Below are positions 11,417 through 24,125 of a stretch of 64,000 nt of DNA, piece by piece; positions within the stretch are counted from its first letter, which is position 1, and the number at the start of each line of letters is the position of its first letter. Position numbers and translations under genes: made by a program. The stretch covers positions 434,001 through 498,000 of the forward strand of contig NC_073420.1 in the NCBI RefSeq assembly GCF_028641065.1. The letters run 5' to 3'. The notes under the pieces are model-generated. The model was given only the letters and a program-made list of their open reading frames with translations. It was not told the DNA's origin and did no database searches. This DNA is from Leucoraja erinacea. Taxonomy: Eukaryota.

Positions 11417-12403
11417 ATTTCCTTCGCTCCATAGATGCTGCCTCACCCGCTGAGTTTCTCCAGCATTTGTGTTGACCTCAGGAATCATTCCAATGGTTTT
11501 GGATAATCTCTCTGCACAAACGTTGCGTTTACTTTCTTCTTGTCACATGTACCGAGGGACAGTGAAAAGCTGGATCTCTGGAAAGAAGGAATGGGTGATG
11601 TTCCGGGTCAAGACCCTTCCTCATTTTCTTCATACGCATTACAATAGACAATAGGTGCAGGAGTAGGTCATTCAGCCCTTCGAGCCAGCACCTCCATTCA
11701 ACGTGATCATGGCTGATCTTCCCCAATCAGTATCCCGTTTCTGCCCTCTCCCCTGACTCCGCTATCTGTTGTCTGGATGCTTTCAAGAGTGAGCTAGATA
11801 GGGCTCTTAAAGATAGCGCAGTCAGGGGATATGTGGAGAAAGCAGGAACGGGGTACTGATTGGGGATGATCAGACATGATCACATTGAATGGCGGTGCTG
11901 GCCTACTCCTGCACCTATCTGCTATTGTTTCCCTGCAATGTAGATAAACTGCAGCAGATGAGGCCCAATGAGTTGTATTCAAGGTCAAAATGGTGTTTAA
12001 TCACCCAGTAGACTCGCTTCCCATTTCATACGCTAGCAATCATCTTTATTAGCACAACTCACTTTTTATTTAAATATGACAAAACACACATTTTAAAGTG
12101 CAAGAGTAATGTATAAATAAGACCCAGCTGTGGAATTTCAATTCTGGCAGCCAAAGCACCTCTGAGGGAAGATGAAAGTAGTGGTTGAGTAATGAGCTTG
12201 TACTGTGTAGGAAATTGTTCACCCCGGGTTAGTTTTAAAATAAAAATCTATCGTGCAGGATCAGCTCCATAACCAGCTCCATTGAGTTGAATAATATCCC
12301 GGTCTCGACCGGAAAGGTCACCTATTCCTTCTATCCAGAGATGCTGCCTGTCCCGCTGAGTTACTCCAGGATCTCAAGTCATTCCCATCTCTGTGAACAG
12401 CAG

Positions 12404-12404
12404 T

Positions 12405-12482
<78 letters not shown>
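12404..12482. repeat. poly-G run
   Basis: Nearly 80 G with one T. Confidence 0.9.
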
Positions 12483-12483
<1 letters not shown>

Positions 12484-12762
12484 AAAACACCACTGAGAAT
12501 TCATCTTCAACGTGACCAGCCACAGAAACATTGCAGCTCAAACAGAGGTTAACCCGCAAGGAGTTGACTCCTCAAAGTCTTTCCTGCAGCTACTGGGCAC
12601 AAGTCCAGAATCTAATGGGCTATTCTTCCCCCTCCCCCCCCACCCAATTACTTAAATGGTACCTAATCATTCATTCCCTCCACCACTGATGCGTCATGGC
12701 TGTTTAGGAAACCATCTTTCGACTTTCGACTTTAGAGATACCAGCTTTTAGTGTCTATCTAG

Positions 12763-13535
12763 TAGGGTCGCCAACTTTTTTTCACACAGAGAGTGGTGAA
12801 TCTCTGGAACTCTCTGCCACAGAGGGTAGTTGAGGCCAGTTCATTGGCTATATTTAAGAGGGAGTTAGATGTGGCCCTTGTGGCTAAGGGGATCAGGGGG
12901 TATGGAGAGAAGGCAGGTACGGGATACTGAATTGGATGATCAGCCATGATCATATTGAATGGCGGTGCAGGCTCGAAGGGCCGAATGGCCTCTACTCCTG
13001 CACCTAATTTCTATGTTTCTATGTTTCTATGTTTCTCACTCCCAAATATGGGACAAAAGGTCAAAATACGGGACAAATTCTCAACGGCAATTCGTTGACC
13101 GACTCGGCCGTGGCTGGGTGAATGATGAGTTGGCTCCGGGTGCTGGGCTGCACACAAAGTCCAGCCGGTGGGCCAGCTGAGGAGTTTTGGCCCCAGGGGC
13201 CGCTCGCAAAGTCCGGCGCCCTGTCCAACTCGTGAACCGACGATCGGCCGTGAGAAGGAGGGGTGGTGGTGGTGTCGGCGGTAAGCGGAGGTCTGAAGGT
13301 CGGACAGCTAGGCCGGGCTGCCGACCGACCGACGGGGCCACGGGCGAGGCGCTGCTGCTGCACTCCATGGGCTGCACTACGTCGGGACGGGTGAGGCGGG
13401 GGCCGGACGACCCGACAGTCCCCTCGACCCGATAGTAGCAGTCAAATACAGGACAAGGGCAGTCCCGTACAGGACAAACCAATTTAGTCCAATATATGGG
13501 ATGTCCTGGCTAATACAGGACAGTCGGCAACCCGA
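12763..13535. mobile_element. hAT-type non-autonomous DNA transposon with a nested CR1 fragment (~12775-13035)
   Basis: TIRs tagggtcgccaact / agtcggcaacccga; 8-bp TSD ctatctag at 12755-12762 and 13536-13543. Confidence 0.8.
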
Positions 13536-13833
13536 CTATCTAGGGAGGAATATCCTGCTATTTAAACTGTCTCCAAGAGGATGCATGGATTAGTTTGGAA
13601 ATAGATTTTGGGCATCTGTAATGTGTCCCAGATCCAAACATTTTTTTTTACCAGTTACACGGAAACAAGATTATTCTGTAACTTCTTACATTGTCCATAT
13701 GGGGAAAATCCAGTTGAATTTCTTCACCTTTGTGCTGCACGATGATTGAATCCTGCAGCTATTAACGCTGGCTTCTATCATGGTTGATTTGACAGCGTCA
13801 AGGATTCATTCATCACAACCCATTGGGTGAAAG

Positions 13834-13887
13834 TCATCGAGTCCATTCAGATAAGTTGCAGACTTCCTGAAGCCACAAGTCATCCTC
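13834..13887 (-). CDS. TOP6BL: TOP6BL terminal coding exon (conserved C-terminal motif)
   Basis: cag|EDDLWLQEVCNLSEWTR*; human EDVLWLQEVSNLSEWLS. Confidence 0.93.
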   Translation of the reverse strand, partial: EDDLWLQEVCNLSEWTR

Positions 13888-14513
13888 CTGAACATAACAG
13901 AACATGAAAATATGAATATCATTGTCAAAGGAGATTTCTCCAGAGTTGCTGCCTGACCCGCTGAGTTACTCCAGCATTTTGTGTCTATTTTTGGTATAAA
14001 CCAGCATCTGCAGTTCCTTTTTAGTTTAGTTTAGTTTCTAGATATAGCGTGGAAATAGACCCTTTCGCCCAGCTGGTCCACACACCAGCGATTCCCATAC
14101 AGTTCTACACTATTCTACACACTAGAGACAATTTACATTTTTTACCAGAACCAATTTACCTCAGCGAGTCAGACAGCATCTCTGTAGAAACAGAATAGGT
14201 GATGTTTCGGGTCAAGAACTGAAAGTATGAAGGTACCACTGGAGGTATCTTCCCATACCTTCAGACTCTTACTCTGATGAAGGGTCTCGGCCTGAAACGT
14301 CACCAATTCCTTCTCTCCAGAGATGCTGCCTGACCCGCTGAGTTACTCCAGCACTTTGTGTCTATATTGTATTCTAATTTCCTGTCTTTCCTTCCGCTGC
14401 AGTTGTTGGAACTAAACATCTTGGGAGCATTATAATATCTGGTTGATAATCTTCTGCTGGTTTACCAAAGACTGCTTTATACTTGTTATGAAGTTACATA
14501 GGTGATTGCAAAC

Positions 14514-14846
14514 CTGATCTTCAGTTGTTTTTTTACGGTTCGGATCCTGAGTGGCCATTTCACCGCTGGAGGTTGTTGATCTTGTAAGACCAGGTGCTGA
14601 GACCTGTGTGTCTGTTTTCAATGAGGAGACATGGTCCATGCTAACATGTTCTATCCTTGGCTGGTGGGCAAGCTCCATTCATTGTCTGTTTGGAAGGTCT
14701 ACTGCACTGATTCACACAGAGATCTGTTGTGTTTGTTTCCAGTTGTCTTTTCCTGGTTCTTTGATCAAAACTGATTGTGGTTTCTGGGGTCATATATTCA
14801 TTACTGTGACAAGGGATATCCCCGTCCAGTGAAATAAGTGACGAAT
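14514..14846 (-). CDS. TOP6BL: TOP6BL probable coding exon 15 (apparent 1-nt frameshift)
   Basis: cag|(D)SSLISLDGDIPCHSNEYMTPETTISFDQRTRKRQLETN... runs into TAG at 14641-14643. The adjacent frame (...TQDPNRKKTTEDQ|gtttgc) ends in the phase 0 needed for exon 16. Confidence 0.55.
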
Positions 14847-14899
14847 CTGTGTAACACAAATTATGTACTTTATTCAAAATCTTTCATGCATATAGTCGT

Positions 14900-16830
14900 A
14901 ATTTTAAAATTATTGTTAGTGTGTTTTAGAAGTTTGTGTTCATGTTTCTGGTTTGTTTTATGTGGGGGGTGGGGGAAACATTTTTCAGTCTCTTACCTTG
15001 CGATTGTTTTCCGGGTCGTATCTGCGGTCTAACATCATTGAGCTGGAGGCCTCGCTCGGGACTGACTTTGAGCCCCACAAGGGGGCATGGACTTCCCATC
15101 AGAGCCGATCCCTTGCCTGGGATCGACGCTCCAACCGTGGTCTGCGGACGTTAACATCACGCATCCGAGTGGTGGCGCCATAGAGTGTGGCAGCCTCGCC
15201 TGCAGCTGTTCGTACTTTCATCCTTTTTAAATTTTTAATCCATCAAAAGTTTTCTTGTGGAGGTCTTTTAGTCTTTTTATGTGGGGGGGGGGGAACTGTT
15301 TTTCACAGTCGCTACCTGGGTCGAGGATGCGTCTTTCCTCCGAGCCGCATCTTTGCGGCCTACCATCTGGATTGGCGCGGCCTTTCCTGCCAGAGACCGG
15401 CCAGAGCTTCAGCGGCCATAGCAGAGCCGCGTTGGAAGATCCTGAGTGCTCGGACTGCCGACTTTGACACTGTGGAGCTGTGGGCAGCCGGGCCTCCAGC
15501 CGCGGGCAGCGCTGACTTTAACATGGCGGAGGCCTGGGATCTTTTGCCGAGGTCGCCAGTGTTAGAGCTCCGCCCAGCTCGGCCTATGGACTTCGGAAGC
15601 CGCGGCCTCCGGTAGGAAGCGGCCGATTCGGAAACTCCAAGCCGCTGAGAGTGTTCTTCCGACGCCGGAGTTTCATCATCCAGCGAGAGGGCCTGATACA
15701 TCGGGCCGTCCGTAGCGGCGACTGCGGAGGCCTCAAATAGGCCCTGACCATGGGTGAACAAGAGGAAGAGGACTGAACCTCACAGTGGGAAACGTTGATT
15801 TCGCTGTGGAGGATGTTTTATGTTATATGTTCAATTTTAGAGTGTGGTGTTCATCTTATCCTGGTGTCCGAGTTCGCCAGTGTCAGAGGTCCGGCCAGCG
15901 TGGCCTGAGAACTTTGGACATTGCAGTCTTCAGGGAGGAAGCGGCCGCTTCAGTCCTGGCCGCTGAAGAATGTTCACCCGACGCCGATGATCCAGCTTCG
16001 CGGCAGAGGGCCTGAGAACATCGAGTTGGCTGAGGAGGCCACATATAGACCCCGACCTCGGGTGGACTATGAGGGGGAGAACTGGATATTTTTAGTGCCT
16101 TCCCTCACAGTGAATTCTGCTGTGGGGGGACGTTTCATGTTGATTTCTATAGTGTACTGTTCTGTGTCTTTTTTTCTTTTTTCTCTTTTTTGTTTTGTAT
16201 GGATATATTGACATTTGGTCTGTTCTATTAATTTAATCAAACTCTGTAAAGCACTTTGGTTCAAATACTGGTTTTGTTGAAAAGTGCTATATAAATAAAG
16301 ATTATTATTATTATTATTATTATTATTATTTGTGTGCTGCATGGTAACTCCAACTGCACTGCACCAATTGGTGTATGTGACAATAAATGTCCTTTGTCAA
16401 GGGCTCGCAGTCTCGGGAGAGGCAGAGTCGGGAGCTCCAAAGATGCAGAAGGTTCGACCAGCCCCGACCAGCAGGGGTCAGGGATCGCCCGGTTGCGGGG
16501 GAGCTGAGATTCCCCCCCCCCCACCCCGATGCAAGAGCTTGATCGCTCCAACGAGGAGGCCCGCCACCGGCTACGGGAGTCAAGATCGTCCCGTCAACGG
16601 AAGGCTCAAGGCCCCCGACCGCAGGAGAACACAGAAGGGAAGGGATTGAACTTTTTTTTTGCGCCTTCCATCACAGTGAGGAATGTGCAGGAGTCACTGT
16701 GGTGGATGTTTATATTAAAATGTATTTTGTGTGTTCTGTTGTTTTTTATTAGTATGACTTTATGGGAAATGAAATTTCTCGTATGTTGCAAAACATATAT
16801 TTGGCTAATAAAGGAAGTATGAGTATGATA
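14900..16830 (+). repeat. Cluster of an unclassified GC-rich interspersed repeat family (also ~5712-6120, 18600-19470, 20330-20700, 20880-21385, 32830-33070, 52050-52990)
   Basis: Shared modules, including gccttccatcacagtgagga...gagtcactgtggtggatgtt, ending near AATAAA plus a short microsatellite. Confidence 0.7.
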
Positions 16831-17520
16831 TGTCTTCCAGAAACATTGTTAAGCAGTTCAAAGCATGTGTGAGGGACGACATTTAATAGGAACCTGAGGG
16901 TCAACTTTTTCATTCAGAGAGTGGTGAGTATATGAAACAAGCTGTATCAGGAAATGGTCGGGATAATTGGGAACAGCATCTGAAGAAGGGTCTCAACCCA
17001 AAACGTCACCCTTTCCTTCTCTCCAGAGATGCTGCCCATCCCGCTGAGTTACTTCAGCATTATGTGTGTATCTCTAGAATTTAGTTTTAGTTTAGTTTAG
17101 AGATACAGCGTGGAAACAGGCCCTTCGGCCCACTGAGTCTGCACCAACCAGCGATCCCCGCACACTAGCGCTATCTTACACACACTGGGGACAATTTACA
17201 TTTACACCGAGCCAATTAGCCGAAAACCTGCACGTCTTTGGAGTGTGGGAGGAAACCCAAGCGGGTCACGGGGAGAAGGTACAAACTCCGTACAGGATCG
17301 AGCCTAGGTCTCTGACGCTGTAAGGCAGCAACTCTACCGCAGCGCCACTGATGCATGGATAGGAAAGGTTTTACTGTCTCAGGAAGCTGTAATAAATGTA
17401 GACACATGGAACAAATACCTTTTCAGAAATAGGAAAGGGAAAGCATAGGGGTAATTTGCTTCTCCACCCCTTCCCTCACCCTGACAGAGTCTACCATAGA
17501 ATACTTTATATGACCTGTGT

Positions 17521-17905
17521 ACAATAGACAATAGACAATAGGTGCAGGAGTAGGCCATTCGGCCCTTCGAGCCAGCACCGCCATTCAATATAATCATGGC
17601 TGATCATCCCCAATCAGGACCCCGCTCCTGCCTTCTCCCCATATCCCCTGACTCCGCTATCTTTAAGAGCCCTATCTAGCTCTCTCTTGAAAGCATCCAG
17701 AGAACCCGCCTCCACCGCCCTCTGAGGCAGAGAATTCCACAGACTACGCCACTCTCTGTGAGAAAAAGTGTTTCCTCGTCTCTGTTCTAAATGGCTGACC
17801 CCTTATTCTTAAACTGTGGCCCCTGGTTCTGGACTCTCCCAACATCGGGAACATGTTTCCTGCCTCTAGCGTGTCCAAATCTTTAACAATCTTATATGTT
17901 TCAAC
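17521..17905 (-). mobile_element. CR1 3' fragment ((ctattgt)n subfamily)
   Basis: Matches the copies at 581, 8318 and 31340. Confidence 0.85.
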
Positions 17906-18208
17906 GTACATAAAGATATTTACACAAACTCCCTGCTAAGTACCAAGCCGATATTCATGGCTGGAGAAAATTTTGGCATTTAAAGAGCTACAAAGTTGGA
18001 AATGAGATGTAGAAGTGAAAACAACTGACTTCATCAGGAAAATGCAATGCTAGGTTGCTTATCCAAGGTTTACATTGTCAACAGTGTTATCTGGGCTGAC
18101 TCAGAGGTATGGACCAGGGAGCTCTGATTCACATAAACCACATGGAAGATAGGCAGATGCATGGGTGGGGTTTGAACACAGATTAGATGAAACAGATTAG
18201 CCTTGTAC

Positions 18209-18338
18209 CTGACACGGAGCTTTCGAGCTCTGAGTAAATCCTCTGGAAGTTGTCTGTCTCACACAGATTCTCGTGACTGGTTTTGAGCGCAGCTGAGTTA
18301 TTGCTACACTCCGCTTGGACATCATCTCCTGAAAGAAC
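18209..18338 (-). CDS. TOP6BL: TOP6BL probable coding exon 14
   Basis: aag|VLSGDDVQAECSNNSAALKTSHENLCETDNFQRIYSELESSVS-G|gtacaa, phase 0 to 1, in unique sequence. Poorly conserved region, assigned mainly by phase. Confidence 0.65.
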
Positions 18339-20296
18339 CTTAAATTGAAAGACAATCACGTTAATTTAGCGCACCTAGACTCCTTTAGTTTAGAGATGTT
18401 GCGCGGAAACAGGCCATTCGGCCCACAGAGTCCGCGCCGGCCAGCGATCCCCACACATTAACACACAGACCATCCCCACACATTAACACACAGGCCATTC
18501 AGCCCATCGAGTCTTCCCCGCCATTTGATAATGCAGATTTATTTTTCCCTCTCAACCCCATTCTGCTGCCTTCTCCCTGTAACCTTTGACACCCGTACGA
18601 ATCAATAGTCAATAGTCAATAGTCAATTTAATTGTCATTTGGACCCCTTGAGGTCCAAACGAAATGCCGTTTCTGCAGCCATACATTACAAACAAATAGA
18701 CCCAAGACACAACATCATTTACATAAACATCCATCACAATGCTGTGATGGAAGGCCAAAAAAAAACTTCTCTCTGCACTCTCCCCCCCCCCCCCCCCCCC
18801 CCCCCCCCGATGTCAGAGTCAAAGTCAAAGCCCCCGGCTGGCGATGGCGATTGTCCCGCGGACATTAAAGCCACGCCGGGTGGTGCGAGGTCGCACACCG
18901 GGTCTTGGTGTTAGAGCCCCCGGCGTGCGCTCGCAGAGTCCCGCGGCCATTCCAAGCCGCGCGGGCCGGTGATGTCAGGCACAGCTCCAGGAGCTCTTCA
19001 ACCCCGCAACTCGGGCGGGAGAAGTCGCCGTTGAGAGAGCCCTGAAAAGCGGGTCCCCCTCCAGGGACCCGCGGGCTCCCGGTGCCGCCGTCCGCAGACC
19101 CACAGTTGCAGCCTCCGATCATCAGCAGCAGCAGCAGCAGCAGCGCTCCACCACCGCTCCACCCGCTCTGGACTCGGCCAGCTCCGCGACGGTGAGGTGA
19201 GTCGGCACCAGAGTCCCCGGCTTCTTCTGTTGGAGGCCGCTCCTCGTTGCAGCCCGAACGACAACGGAGACCCGACAGGAAAAGGTCGGGTCTCCAGTGC
19301 AGGGAGAGATTTAAAAGTTCCCCCCTCCTCCCACCCACCCCACCCCCACCCCCACCCCCCCACACACACACCCCAACAAAAAATAACAAAAACTACTTAT
19401 AAACATAGACAAAAAATAATAAAAACGCGGACGGGCTGCAGAGGCCGCTGCTGACGAGAGTCGCGTCTCCTACCGGAATCAATCTCCACTTTAAAAATCC
19501 CAATGATGTGGCCTCCGCTGTCATGTGGCAATGACTTCCACAGATTCACCACCCTCTGGCTATAGATATTCCTCCTCATTTCCATTCTAAAGGAACGTCC
19601 TTTAATTCTGAGGCTGTACGCTCTAGTCCGAGACTCTCCCACTCATGGAAACACCCCCTCCATCGACTCAATCTAGGCCTTTCAATTCATGAAGGATTAC
19701 AAATGATGGAAAAATCTTCCTATTAAGGTCAACCATATCCAAGAAGCAAATCTTTTTTTAATAAATTGGGCTTACTCTGTTGCAACTGACTCTCAAGTTA
19801 TTGAAGCTGGACACAGAGTGCTGGAGTAACTCAGCGGGTCAGGCTGCTTCTTTGGAGAAAATGGGTGACATTTCGGATCAGAACCTTTCTTCAGACTGAA
19901 ACCATTTCTTCATTCTGAAGTAAGGTTCCCATTTGAGACAACGAAATGCATTTCTCCCATCCTTTTTCTCCAGGAATGCTGCCTGACCGGCTGAGTTACT
20001 CCAGCACTTTGTGTCTTTCTTCGGTAGAAAGCAGCATCTGCAGTTCCTTCTGACACATCTCAAGTTATTGATGTACTGTACATAACAGCAGAAAATACTG
20101 GAAATAATCAACGGATTAAGCAGCATCTCTAGAGGGTGATACACTCCAGAACTCTTCAACAGAACTAACCAGAGGCCATCCACTGAATACATTATCTCTG
20201 CTTCTCTCTCCAAAGATGCTGCCTGACAGGCCGAATAGTTCTGGTGTTTTCATTTATTTAAATTTCAGATTTCTAGCATCTGCAGCATTTTGCTTT

Positions 20297-20327
<31 letters not shown>

Positions 20328-20742
20328 CCTTTTATTGTCATTCAGACCGAAGTCTGAACGAAATTGCAGCAGTCATACATATAATACCATACAATAAAAC
20401 AACAATAAACACATATTAACATCCACCACAGTGAGTCCACCCAGCATCTCCTCACTGTGATGGAGGCAAAAGTCTTAGGTCTGCAGTCTCTTCCCTCCTC
20501 TTCTCCCCCTGCGCTGGGGCGATATCCCCCCCCCCCCGCCCCCCCCCCCCCCCCCCCCCCCCCCCGGGCGATGTTAAGAACAGTCCCGCGGCTCAAACAC
20601 CGCGGCCCGGGGTGGTTGAAGCTGCCGCCCACCAGTCCTGCAGACGGCCGAACCCCGGACTCAGGCCACCACCGCCAGAACACCGTCCCGGCCACCCTCA
20701 CGTGAGTACTGCGCCGTCTTCAGCCTGGATTGAAGAACATAC

Positions 20743-20841
20743 CTGCTTTCTGTTGCAAACTCTGCTTGGGAGAAACCTGTTCTGCAAAACATTTTGAAGC
20801 AAACTCTGAAGTGAAACTTTAATTTCTTGTGAGTGTGAGAC
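20743..20841 (-). CDS. TOP6BL: TOP6BL coding exon 13
   Basis: tag|VSHSQEIKVSLQSLLQNVLQNRFLPSRVCNRKQ|gtatgt; human .ADTQE...FL..CSCEVKQ. Confidence 0.87.
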
Positions 20842-22635
20842 CTAGAGAAAAGACAAGAATCTTATATTACATCTTACATCGTGTGGCCTAACATCATGGA
20901 GCTAGAGGCCTTGCTTGGGTCTGACTTTGAGCCCCACCGCGGGGCGTGGACTTACCATCGGAGCCGATCCCTTGCCTGGGATCGACCCTCCAACCGTGGC
21001 CTGCGGACTTTAACATCAAGGAGCTCGCAGTCTCGGTTCGAGACCGTAGATGTCGGGAGCTCGGCAAAGGGGAGCTGAGACCTCCCCCCCGATGCAGGAG
21101 CTTGATCGCCCCGACGCGGAGGGCCCAACCGCTGGCTATGGGAGCCAAGATCGTCCCGTCAACGGAAGGCTCGAGGCCCCCGACAAACAAGGGAAGGGAT
21201 TGAACTTTTTTCCGCTTTCCATCACAGTGAGGAATGTGGAGGAGTCACTGTGGTGGATGTTCATGTTAAAATGTATTTTGTGTGTTCTGTTGCTTTTTAT
21301 TGGTATGACTGCATGGCAAATGAAATTCCTCGTATGTTGCAAAACATACTTGGCAAATAAAGTATTATTGTGAATTATGAATTGTGACATTAAATTACAT
21401 CGGACTTTAGCCTTTTATACTTTAGAGATACAGTGCGGTAACAGGGAAGTGGGGGGAGGTTGGTGTCCATTTGGGAAGAAAGATTAATGTAAATTGATGG
21501 TTGAGGGTCAGCATGGAAAGGCCTGTTTCATGGCTTATGTCAGTATCCCGTACCTGCCTTCTCTCCTACCCTCTGATCCCCTTGGCCACAAGGGCCATAT
21601 CTAACTCCCTCTTAAATAACCAAAAGATTGGCAGAGTTCCAGAGAAAGTGTCTCTGTGTGAAAAAAAGTTCTCTCATTGCAAATTTATATCCTTAAGCTG
21701 TGACCCCTTGTCCTGGACTTCCCCAACACGGGAACAATTTTCCTATGCTGTCCAACCCCTTAAGAATTTTGTAAGTTTCTATAAGAGTCCAAATTCTAGA
21801 CAGTATAAACCAAGTCTATCCAGTCTTTCTTCAGAAACAGTCCTGACATCCCAGGAATCAGTCTGGAACCTTCCTCTGCACTCCCTCTATGGCAAGAATG
21901 CTTAGGGTCAAAAGAAAGAATGTAAATTGAGGTTGAGGGTCAGCATGGAAAAGGCCTGTTTCGTGTTGTAAATTCCAAGATGGAAAGCAGGCAACAAAGT
22001 CCAGCATTCTCACTCAGCTACAGAAACAGGGTCAAGGCTGGAGCTGCCGCTGCAGACTGCCAAAGAGACTGCAAGCTGAAGTCAGCGGGCAAATTGGAAA
22101 GCAGGCCGTGCTTCAACTCCCATCTGGTGAATGGAGCTGCAGCAGCCGAGAGAAAACGTGCAGCTCTGCATTTGTTACTCACAACACTGCCAGTAACACT
22201 GACAGAGTGAACTTGTTCTGTCTCCTCCCACCACTCCATTGATTGGTGCCTTATGGTGTGTCACATGGATGCCCTCGCTATTTAACACGGTGTTGCGTAC
22301 CGCGGCACTGTAGAGTTGCAGCGCCAGAGACCCGCGTTCGATCCTGACCACAGATGCCGTCTGTACAGAGTTTATACGTTCTCCCCGTGACCTGCGTGGG
22401 TTTGCTCCGGGATCTCCGGTTTCCTCCCACGCTCTGAAGACGTACAGGTTTGTAGATTAATTGGTAAAATTGTACATTTCTCCTAGCGTGTGTAGGATAG
22501 TGTTTAAGAAGGAACTGCAGATGCTGGAAAATCGAAGGGAGACAAAAGAGCTGGAGAAACTCAGCGGGTGCAGCAGCATCTACGGAGCGAAGGAAATAGG
22601 CCGAAACCCTTCTTCAGACCCTTCTTAAGAACAGC

Positions 22636-23184
22636 AGTCTCCAAATCTGAGGAAGGACATTCTTGCCATAGAGGGAGTGCAGAGAAGGTTCACCAGACTG
22701 ATTCCTGGGATGTCAGGACTGTCTTATGAAGAAAGACTGGATAGACTTGGTTTATACTCTCTAGAATTTAGGAGATTGAGAGGGGATCTTATAGAAACTT
22801 ACAAAATTCTTAAGGGGTTGGACAGGCTAGATGCAGGAAGATTGCTCCCGATGTTGGGGAGTCCAGGACAAGGGGTCACAGCTTAAGGATAAGGGGGAAA
22901 TCCTTTAAAACCGAGATGAGAAGAACTTTTTTCACACAGAGAGTGGTGAGTCTCTGGAACTCTCTGCCACAGAGGGTAGTCAAGGCCAGTTCATTGGCTA
23001 TATTTAAGAGGGAGTTAGATGTGGCCCTTGTGGCTAAGGGGATCAGAGGGTATGGAGAGAAGGCAGGTACGGGATACTGAGTTGGATGATCAGCCATGAT
23101 CATATTGAATGGCGGTGCAGGCTCGAAAGGGCCGAATGGCCTCTACTCCTGCACCTAATTTCTATGTTTCTATGTTTCTATGTT
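22636..23184 (+). mobile_element. CR1 LINE 3' fragment
   Basis: [20 protein letters not shown]... Confidence 0.9.
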
Positions 23185-23507
23185 AGCAGAGGACACCACA
23201 GCTACACTTGGCCAGACCCTGCATCGCCAGGACATCAGACCTTCACGGTCAGATCCAGATCCCTCCACTTACAACAACTGGGACTTGAACATGGCGGCAA
23301 ACTGGCGCCTCTGCCCGCTGTGTAGGATAGTGTTGGTGTGCGGGGATCGCTGGTCGGTGCAGACTCGGTGAGCTAAAGGGCCTGCTTCTGCGCTGTATCT
23401 CTAAACTGAAACCAAAGCTTACTTCCATCTTTGAGCCACCTTCTGACAAACGTTTACCAAATTTAGTGTGCCAGCCACATACATACACTGAGTGTTTCAC
23501 CACATAC

Positions 23508-23618
23508 CTTCAGGAGTTGTAGAGATTTGGTTCGAAAGTCATGATTCGTACTGCATGATATGATAGTCTGAACTGCATCATAGATGATGTGGGTAGCAGT
23601 CTGTACTTTTCTCTGCTT
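23508..23618 (-). CDS. TOP6BL: TOP6BL coding exon 12
   Basis: tag|KQRKVQTATHIIYDAVQTIISCSTNHDFRTKSLQLLK|gtatgt; human AQQKLQ...ILTGST.SSFRKMCLQTLQ. Confidence 0.9.
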
Positions 23619-23671
23619 CTATGGAGAGAAAAACTCAACATATACCTGTATATATATGACAATAAAGTTTT

Positions 23672-23790
23672 CATTCAGTCATTCATTCAATCATCCATTC
23701 ATTCATTCATCATCATCCATTCATTCATCATGATTCAATCATACATTCATTCATTCATTCATTGATTCATGCATTCAATCATTCATTCAT
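23672..23790. repeat. (CATT)n microsatellite
   Basis: Degenerate tcattcattc repeats. Confidence 0.85.
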
Positions 23791-23928
23791 ATATATATCT
23801 GGGAGCACACAATTATAGAAGATCTGTTATTTATCAGAAAGAACAAATACAGTAAAACTTCACAGATGGGTCTATTCAGAAATCCCCATGGCTTGGCAAA
23901 TGGCTCACCTGCAGTAATATTTGCTGCA

Positions 23929-24125
23929 GGTAGACAAAAGTGCTGGAGAAACTCAGCGGGTGCAGCAGCATCTATGGAGCGAAGGAAATAGGAAACGTTT
24001 CGGGCCGAAACCCTTGCCTATAAACGTTGCCTATTTCCTTCGCTCCATAGATGCTGCTGCAACCGCTGAGTTTCTCCAGCACTTTTGTCTACCTTCGATT
24101 TTCCAGCATCTGCAGTTCCTTCTTA
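23929..24125. mobile_element. Fold-back Penelope-derived short element with 13-bp TSD
   Basis: aatatttgctgca at 23916-23928 and 24126-24138. Confidence 0.72.

Noticed and set aside
12045-12070. Two minus-strand AATAAA signals as the TOP6BL poly(A) site
   Set aside because: Plausible, but 1.8 kb from the stop codon in AT-rich sequence; unsupported without transcript data.
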